Position numbers and translations under genes: made by a program. A stretch of DNA of 21,672 bases from Anaerohalosphaeraceae bacterium (GTDB lineage Bacteria; Planctomycetota; Phycisphaerae; Sedimentisphaerales; Anaerohalosphaeraceae): positions 1-21,672 of the forward strand of contig JBNRMN010000059.1 in NCBI GenBank assembly GCA_050309605.1, given 5' to 3'. Positions 16,153 to 21,672 of this stretch are shown here, piece by piece; position 1 is the first letter of the stretch; every line of letters begins with the position of its first letter. The notes beneath the pieces were generated by a model. The model had not been told where the DNA came from. It searched no databases and saw only the letters and a list, made by a program, of their open reading frames with translations.

Positions 16153-16232
16153 CGACACTATCGAGTGGGATATTCGATAGTATCAATCTGTAACAACATG
16201 TGCGCCAAACTTAAAGACCCAATGGAAGAGCG

Positions 16233-16541
16233 ATGAGCAATCAGATAGACAGACAAATGGTTGAGCGGGTGGCGCTGCTCTCGCGGCTGGAGCTGAGCGA
16301 ATCGGAAATCGCGCAGTTCAGCACACAACTCAGCGCCATTGTAGATTACATCGAAAAAATCAACACACTGGACACCGACCGGGTCGAACCGCTGGCGCAT
16401 TGCCTGCCGGTTCACAATGTGCTTCGTGAGGATGAGCCGCTGTCGTCGCTGAGCAATGAGGCGGCTTTGGCCAACGCGCCCGATCAGGTGGACGGCTATT
16501 TCAAAGTCCCCAAGATTCTTGACGACAATTCCGGCGCGTAA
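16233..16541 (+). CDS. gatC: Asp-tRNA(Asn)/Glu-tRNA(Gln) amidotransferase subunit C
   Basis: VERVALLSRLEL...IVDYIEKI..LDT..VEP...NVLRED...ALANAP...GYFKVPKI. Confidence 0.96.
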   Translation: MSNQIDRQMVERVALLSRLELSESEIAQFSTQLSAIVDYIEKINTLDTDRVEPLAHCLPVHNVLREDEPLSSLSNEAALANAPDQVDGYFKVPKILDDNSGA

Positions 16542-16577
16542 ATTAAGATAAAGGGCAAAAGGGAAAAGGTAAAATCA

Positions 16578-18095
16578 ATGAGTGAACTGCTGACTGCTCT
16601 TGAGCTTCGGGATGCGATTGCCGCCAAAACACTATCCAGCACAGAGGCGGTTCGGGATTGCCTTGGCCGTATCGAACAATACGACCCGACCCTTGGGGCG
16701 TATCTTTCGACATTTACCGAAAAGGCAATGCAGGACGCCGACGCGGTGGATCGGAAAATAGCCGCCGGTCGGCTTGCCGGGCCGCTGGCGGGCGTGCCGA
16801 TTGCGGTCAAAGACAATATGTGCACGACCTTCGGCATGACGACCTGCGGCTCGAACATTCTAAAACGCTTTGCCGCTCCGTTCAACGCCCATGTCATTGA
16901 ACGTCTGCTGGCCGCCGACGCGGTGATTATCGGCAAAACCAACCTCGATGAGTTTGCCATGGGGTCCAGTACGGAAAACTCGGCCCTGAGAAAAACGGTC
17001 AACCCCTGGGATCTTTCGCGCGTACCCGGCGGCAGCAGCGGCGGTTCGGCAGCGGCGGTCGCTGCCGGTTTGTGCGCCGCGGCGCTGGGCTCTGATACCG
17101 GCGGCTCGATTCGTCAGCCCGCCTCTTTTTGCGGCGTAACGGGGTTAAAGCCCACCTATGGACGTGTGTCCCGATACGGCCTGGTGGCCTACGGCTCCAG
17201 CCTCGACCAGATTGGGCCGCTGACCCGCAATGCCGCCGATGCCGCGCTGCTGATGAATATCATCGCCGGACACGACCCCCGCGACAGCACCAGCGTCAGC
17301 GACGCCCTGGCAAAAAAGCCCGACTATCTGGCCGAGCTGAACCAGCCGATAAACGGACTCAAAATCGCCGTCGTTCCGGAATTGAACGCCGGCGCCGAAC
17401 CGCGCATCCGAACGGCGATTGAGGACGCATTGAAGGTGTATCAATCGCTGGGGGCGGAACAGATTGAAATCACGATGCCGCATTTTGATTACGCCATCGC
17501 CGCCTATTATGTCATCGCCACCGCCGAGGCGTCCAGCAATCTGGCGCGATTTGACGGCGTACACTACGGCCATCGCAGCGCCGAGGCCGGCGACTACATC
17601 GAGGTCTATTCCAAATCCCGCGACGAAGGTTTCGGCCCGGAGGTCAAACGCCGCATTATGCTCGGCACGTTCGCCCTGTCCAGCGGATACTATGACGCCT
17701 ACTATTTGAAAGCCCTGAAGGTGCGCAATCTGATTCGTCAGGATTTCGTCAAGGCATTTGAAAAAGCCGACTGCCTGATGTTGCCGGTCAGCCCGACGAC
17801 CGCCTTCAAAATCGGCGAAAAAACCGACGACCCGCTCCAGATGTACCTGGCTGATGTCTATACCATCGCCGTGAATCTGGCGGGGCTGCCCGGGTTGAGC
17901 GTTCCCTGCGGTGTTGACGAAAACAGTTTGCCCATCGGCCTGCAAATCATCACCGATGCCTTTACCGAAGATAAACTGCTGCGGATCGGACAGATGTATC
18001 AGAACGCCACCGACTGGCACAAACGGAAACCTTCTTTTTTTTTTCCACAGAGGACACAGAGAACACAAAGAGATAAAAAATGGCGGATGAACTGA
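16578..18095 (+). CDS. gatA: Asp-tRNA(Asn)/Glu-tRNA(Gln) amidotransferase subunit A (C-terminus extended through a repeat)
   Basis: Amidase signature GKTNLDEFAMGSSTE, PGGSSGGSAAAVAA, GSDTGGSIRQPA; GatA-specific SSNLARFDG and EVKRRIMLGTFALSSGYYDAYY. Confidence 0.98.
   Translation: MSELLTALELRDAIAAKTLSSTEAVRDCLGRIEQYDPTLGAYLSTFTEKAMQDADAVDRKIAAGRLAGPLAGVPIAVKDNMCTTFGMTTCGSNILKRFAAPFNAHVIERLLAADAVIIGKTNLDEFAMGSSTENSALRKTVNPWDLSRVPGGSSGGSAAAVAAGLCAAALGSDTGGSIRQPASFCGVTGLKPTYGRVSRYGLVAYGSSLDQIGPLTRNAADAALLMNIIAGHDPRDSTSVSDALAKKPDYLAELNQPINGLKIAVVPELNAGAEPRIRTAIEDALKVYQSLGAEQIEITMPHFDYAIAAYYVIATAEASSNLARFDGVHYGHRSAEAGDYIEVYSKSRDEGFGPEVKRRIMLGTFALSSGYYDAYYLKALKVRNLIRQDFVKAFEKADCLMLPVSPTTAFKIGEKTDDPLQMYLADVYTIAVNLAGLPGLSVPCGVDENSLPIGLQIITDAFTEDKLLRIGQMYQNATDWHKRKPSFFFPQRTQRTQRDKKWRMN
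18045..18071 (+). repeat. 9-nt periodic repeat array R1 (CCACAGAGG ACACAGAGA ACACAAAGA)
   Basis: Read directly; preceded by a T10 run at 18035-18044. Confidence 0.9.
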
Positions 18096-18445
18096 CAGAG
18101 CGAATCATCGGAGCGGCCATTGAAGTCCACAAGGAATTGGGGCCGGGATTGCTGGAATCCATCTACGAAGAGGCGCTCTGTCACGAATTTCAGTTGCAGA
18201 ATATTCTGCACCAACGACAAGTACCCGTTGATATCATTTATAAGGGACGGGAAATCAAGGGATTGAAAATCGACCTTCTTGTCGAGAATGAAGTTGTTGT
18301 AGAGTTAAAAGCCGTCAAAATGCCAACCGCCGTTGCGCTGTCGCAAACGATTTCATACTTGAAAGCGACAAAACTCAAACGCGGCCTAATTATAAATTTC
18401 GGCGAATCTCTTTTAAGAAATGGCATCAAACGGGTGTCTGTGTAA
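18080..18445 (+). CDS. GxxExxY protein (PD-(D/E)xK nuclease superfamily)
   Basis: IIGAAIEVHKELGPGLLESIYEEAL (GLLESIY = GxxExxY), IDLLVENEVVVELKAV, Q..SYLK....RGLIINFG. Confidence 0.95.
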   Translation: MADELTERIIGAAIEVHKELGPGLLESIYEEALCHEFQLQNILHQRQVPVDIIYKGREIKGLKIDLLVENEVVVELKAVKMPTAVALSQTISYLKATKLKRGLIINFGESLLRNGIKRVSV

Positions 18446-18455
18446 TTTTAGTTTC

Positions 18456-18474
18456 GCCACAGAGAACACAGAGA
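18456..18474 (+). repeat. Repeat array R2 (GCCACAGAGA ACACAGAGA), same orientation as R1
   Basis: Starts 11 nt after the GxxExxY stop; preceded by TTTC. Confidence 0.9.
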
Positions 18475-18521
18475 TTAAACTGAATACATAGAAAAATACT
18501 GTAAAAACAAGGAAAACTGAT

Positions 18522-18823
18522 ATGCCACTTAATGATTTTTTGTTGTTTTTCTGCCTTTGATTGCTGCTGGACTGAGCGCCATTTTGACATATTGGTTTGG
18601 GATAAAATCAAAAGAAAAAAAATCAATGCTCAAGTTAATGGAAGAAAGATACTCTACTCTCTTGATGGTATTGCAGGGTTTTGTCAGCGAAACCGCCAAT
18701 AGCAACATTAAGAAAGAGTTCTTTGAAGAACAATATCGTTCTTTCCATGAGAAAAGATATGCTGGGAAAAACGAATCTATCATGTAAAGTTTTTTTAACA
18801 CCGATGTAAGACAAGACAAATAA
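18522..18823 (+). pseudogene. Frameshifted small single-TM hypothetical gene filling the R2-R3 interval
   Basis: AAGGA plus ATG 18522 reads MPLNDFLLFFCL*. One extra T in the T6 run (18536-18541) joins it to ORF 18557-18787, giving MPLNDFFVVFLPLIAAGLSAILTYWFGIK... with a clean TM helix. Further frame breaks lie near 18745-18800; TAA 18821-18823 abuts R3. Confidence 0.6.
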
Positions 18824-18824
18824 T

Positions 18825-18852
18825 TCTCTGTGGCCTCTGTGACCTCTGTGGC
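18825..18852 (-). repeat. Repeat array R3, inverted relative to R1/R2 (TCTCTGTGG CCTCTGTGA CCTCTGTGG C)
   Basis: Read directly; followed by A6. A partial extra copy CTGTGGCAAA lies at 18869-18878. Confidence 0.9.
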
Positions 18853-18894
18853 AAAAAATAGACCCGCCCTGTGGCAAATAAAGGAACCCTAAGA

Positions 18895-20358
18895 ATGGAT
18901 TTAGAGTATAAGATTATTGTGGGATTGGAGATTCACGTTCAACTGGCCACGCGGACGAAAATGTTCTGCGGCTGCGAGTTGGGATTCGGCCGGCCGCCCA
19001 ACACACGGGTTTGTCCGGTGTGTCTTGGACTGCCCGGATCGCTGCCGGTCATGAACAAAGCGGCCGTCGAGTCGGCCATTTTGACCGGATTGGCACTGAA
19101 TTGTACCATTCCGCGCTTGACCAAATGGGATCGCAAGAGCTACTACTATCCCGATCTGCCGAAAAATTACCAAATCAGCCAATACGATTTGCCGCTGGCC
19201 GAGCACGGCTATATTGAAATCCCGCTGGAAGACGGATCGACCAAAAAGATTCGCATCCGTCGCGCTCACCTCGAAGAAGACGCCGGCAAAAACACCCACA
19301 CCCTGGGCAATTTCTCGGCGGTGGATCTGAATCGGGCCGGCACGCCGCTGCTGGAAATCGTTACCGAACCGGATATGAACAGCCCGACCGAAGTGCGGCT
19401 GCTGGCCCAGGAGCTGCAGCGCATCGTCCGCTTTCTGGGTGTCTCGGAGGCGGATATGCAGAAAGGCCATATGCGGTTTGAGCCGAATATCAATCTGCAT
19501 ATCACCCGAAACGGCCAAGTCTTCAAAACGCCCATTACCGAAGTCAAGAACCTCAACAGTTTTCGGGCGCTGGAACGCAGCATCGCCTATGAGGTCAATC
19601 GCCAGTTGGATGAATTCCTGACCAGCGGAAAGACGATGCAAGTCGGCAACAAAAGCACCTTCGGCTGGGACGATGTCAATCAAATCACGGTTTTGCAGCG
19701 GGAAAAAGAAGAGGCACACGATTATCGGTATTTTCCCGACCCCGATTTGGTTCCGGTGGTGATTTCGGACGACTGGCTTGATCGCATCAGATCGCGGATG
19801 GGGGAGCTGCCGCTGGCGATGCAGAAACGCTTCGTATCCGAGTACGAATTAAGCGATTACGACGCGCAGGTTCTGACGGCGGAGAAGGCCACGGCGGTTT
19901 TTTTTGACGCGGCTGTACGTTGCGGCGCTGAGCCGAAACGCGTCTGCAATCTGCTGACCCAAACGGGGCTGAAGCTGGCCAAGGAACACCAAACGACGGT
20001 TGATGCGCTCGGCATCAGCCCGGCTCAGGTGGCATCACTGGCCGGAATGGTTGAGGCCGGCGATGTCAGCGCCACTTCGGCCGCGGTGATTTTTGAAGCC
20101 ATGAGGCAAAGCGACGACGACCCAAAACAGATCGCCGAACAGAAAAATCTGCTCCAAAAAAGCGACGCCGGCCAGATCGAAGCGCTCGTCGAACAGGTCA
20201 TCGACGAAAACCCCAAGGCGGTTGCCGATGCGAAAACCAACCCCAAGAAAGCCAAAAAGGCAATGGGATTTCTGATGGGCCAGGTTATCCAGAAAAGCAA
20301 AGGGCAGGCCAATCCGAAAATTGTCGCCGAGGTCCTGAATCAAAAACTGATGAAATAA
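18895..20358 (+). CDS. gatB: Asp-tRNA(Asn)/Glu-tRNA(Gln) amidotransferase subunit B
   Basis: IVGLEIHVQL.T.TKMFC, CPVCLGLPGSLP, RKSYYYPDLPKNYQISQ, HLEEDAGK, DLNRAGTPLLEIVTEP, EVKNLNS, DYRYFPDPDL, GFLMGQV. AAGGA before ATG 18895. Confidence 0.98.
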   Translation: MDLEYKIIVGLEIHVQLATRTKMFCGCELGFGRPPNTRVCPVCLGLPGSLPVMNKAAVESAILTGLALNCTIPRLTKWDRKSYYYPDLPKNYQISQYDLPLAEHGYIEIPLEDGSTKKIRIRRAHLEEDAGKNTHTLGNFSAVDLNRAGTPLLEIVTEPDMNSPTEVRLLAQELQRIVRFLGVSEADMQKGHMRFEPNINLHITRNGQVFKTPITEVKNLNSFRALERSIAYEVNRQLDEFLTSGKTMQVGNKSTFGWDDVNQITVLQREKEEAHDYRYFPDPDLVPVVISDDWLDRIRSRMGELPLAMQKRFVSEYELSDYDAQVLTAEKATAVFFDAAVRCGAEPKRVCNLLTQTGLKLAKEHQTTVDALGISPAQVASLAGMVEAGDVSATSAAVIFEAMRQSDDDPKQIAEQKNLLQKSDAGQIEALVEQVIDENPKAVADAKTNPKKAKKAMGFLMGQVIQKSKGQANPKIVAEVLNQKLMK

Positions 20359-20373
20359 AACGCATAAAACCAA

Positions 20374-20418
20374 GCAACCGCCGGCGGCATACCGTTTCGA
20401 TGGATCGCTGGCGGTTGC
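20374..20418 (+). other. Long intergenic hairpin after gatB
   Basis: GCAACCGCCGGCG pairs with CGCTGGCGGTTGC (13 bp, one G-U); inner CCGT-TTCG-ATGG. Confidence 0.6.
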
Positions 20419-20428
20419 CGATAAGTAC

Positions 20429-20471
20429 AAAAAAAGAGGACGCAGGCCAAAACCTTGCGTCCTCTGTCTTT
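20429..20471 (-). terminator. Rho-independent terminator for the secretin gene, probably bidirectional
   Basis: A7 then AGAGGACGCA...TGCGTCCTCT stem, then GTCTTT; lies between convergent genes. Confidence 0.8.
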
Positions 20472-20489
20472 GCGTTAAAATATGAACGC

Positions 20490-21671
20490 CTATGGTCTGG
20501 ATAAAGCGCCGACGGCATCCTCTTCGGTTTCGTGCGGCAGCATAATCGTCGGTTTGACCAGCACCAGTAGAATCTGTTTATCTTTAATTTGACTGCGGTT
20601 GGAAAACAGCCGTCCCAGCACCGGCAGTTTGCCCAATACCGGCACGCCGGACTCCATTTCACGTTCCGCGGTCAGTGTCAGCCCGCCCAGCATCACGGTT
20701 CCGCGATCCGGCACGGACACACGCGTCTGAATGGAGCTGGTCTGGGTCAACGGCAGCTCATAGGTATCCGTCAACGGCTCATCGGAGAACGGCGTAATAC
20801 CCACCGTAGTGACCGGCGTGGTATCCAGCAGCTCCGACAGATAAGTGACGATCCGCAAAAGCACATATTTCTTATCCGCGGTAATCGTCGGCGTAATCGA
20901 CATTTGAATACCCGTGGTAATATCTTCGTGGTCAACCTCCCAGTAGGCATAGGTATTGACCACGCCTTCGGTTGTGGTGGTATCCGTCACCAACTGGCTG
21001 TCTGACTTGATTCGCTTTTGGGTCTGAACATTCATCGTCGCCGATTCGCCGTTAAGTACCACAATCTTGGGCGCGGTCAATTGTCTGGAGTTTCGGTGTG
21101 CCTGGGTGGCACGAATCATGAAATCCACCGTCAAATCATCCAGCGCCACGACCGAATCGATAGAAAATGCCGCTCCGCCGCCGACGCCGCTGCTGCCGAG
21201 TACGCCGCCGAGTGTGCTCGAAATATTAGTCCCCGTCGAGAATATCTGTTCATACACATGCCGCGACGAATCCTGGCGAATATCAAGAGGCAGTCCTTCG
21301 TTCCACCGTCCGCCGGGCTTTTCGATGGTGATTCGGCTGATGTCAAGCCCGATATGTTCGAGAAAGTTTTCATCAACGAGTAAAAAGCGTGTTTCGATGG
21401 CGATTTGCTGGCCCAGATCCATCCGTAAGTACTCAAGAAATTCTTTGATTTTTTGGTGCACTTCCGGCGTCTGCCAGATGATCAGCTTGCTTTCGCCGAA
21501 TTGGTCAATCCGGCCGTCGCCGCCTTCCTCCCACCAGCTTTCCGGATCGATGGTCTGCTGAATCGTCCAAATGACCTGATAAGCGCGGTACATCGAGCGC
21601 CAGTTGCCCACGCCGCCCATACTTCCGCCCATGCCGCCCATCATGCCGCCATACATTCCCCCCATGCCGCC
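20490..21671 (-). CDS. Type II secretion/type IV pilus secretin (GspD/PilQ-like), 5' part outside the window
   Basis: LIIWQTPEVHQKI, QIAIETRFLLVD, LTAPKIVVLNG, ITPTITADKKYV, TRVSVPDRGTVMLGGL, GVPVLGKLPVLGRLF, LLVLVKPTI. Frame is open to the window edge. Confidence 0.9.
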   Translation of the reverse strand, partial: GGMGGMYGGMMGGMGGSMGGVGNWRSMYRAYQVIWTIQQTIDPESWWEEGGDGRIDQFGESKLIIWQTPEVHQKIKEFLEYLRMDLGQQIAIETRFLLVDENFLEHIGLDISRITIEKPGGRWNEGLPLDIRQDSSRHVYEQIFSTGTNISSTLGGVLGSSGVGGGAAFSIDSVVALDDLTVDFMIRATQAHRNSRQLTAPKIVVLNGESATMNVQTQKRIKSDSQLVTDTTTTEGVVNTYAYWEVDHEDITTGIQMSITPTITADKKYVLLRIVTYLSELLDTTPVTTVGITPFSDEPLTDTYELPLTQTSSIQTRVSVPDRGTVMLGGLTLTAEREMESGVPVLGKLPVLGRLFSNRSQIKDKQILLVLVKPTIMLPHETEEDAVGALSRP

Positions 21672-21672
21672 G
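21611..21672 (-). repeat. Low-complexity Gly/Met coding repeat (GGCGGCATG-like) in the secretin
   Basis: Encodes GGMGGMYGGMMGGMGGSMGG. Confidence 0.75.

Larger units (their letters stand above)
18035..18857. mobile_element. Putative repeat-bounded insertion (GxxExxY gene plus decayed cargo gene) inside gatCAB
   Basis: AT-rich relative to gatA/gatB. Ends are inverted (T10-CCACAGAGG... and ...CCTCTGTGGC-A6). No transposase gene. Confidence 0.55.

Noticed and set aside
18035..18090. Programmed frameshift fusing GatA to GxxExxY
   Set aside because: The GxxExxY frame has TAA at 18074-18076 just upstream of its ATG, so no T-tract length yields a fusion.
18045..18852. CRISPR array interpretation of the CACAGAG repeats
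   Set aside because: Units are 9 nt, tandem, in both orientations and separated by whole genes; no 25-45 nt repeat-spacer pattern and no cas genes.
18035..18857. Classical IS element with target-site duplication
   Set aside because: No DDE, HUH or recombinase gene, and no direct duplication visible outside the inverted ends.

Overview
GC-rich bacterial chromosomal window. The gene families (planctomycete-type ECF sigma with FecR-like anti-sigma, PQQ-like beta-propeller, secreted proteins ending in dockerin-like motifs, secretin with Gly/Met repeats) suggest a Planctomycetota genome, probably Phycisphaerae/Sedimentisphaerales-like (inference). The left half holds a fucose-glycan region: the 3' end of a GH95 fucosidase, a two-catalytic-domain GH29 fucosidase, a divergent ECF sigma/anti-sigma pair and a secreted Ig/LamG protein. 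It is interrupted by tRNA-Arg(ACG), pta and a stand-alone LigD phosphoesterase-like gene. The middle holds a PQQ-like propeller, lipB, a YcjF-like protein, an atypical S8 peptidase and a DUF4405 protein. The right end holds gatC-gatA-gatB and a truncated secretin. The most unusual feature is an AT-rich insert of about 0.8 kb between gatA and gatB. It carries a GxxExxY PD-(D/E)xK nuclease-fold gene and a decayed membrane-protein gene, delimited by arrays of a 9-nt-periodic CACAGAG repeat in direct and inverted orientation. It looks like a repeat-bounded cassette element without a transposase or integrase. All calls come from reading the sequence and recalled family motifs; no searches were run.
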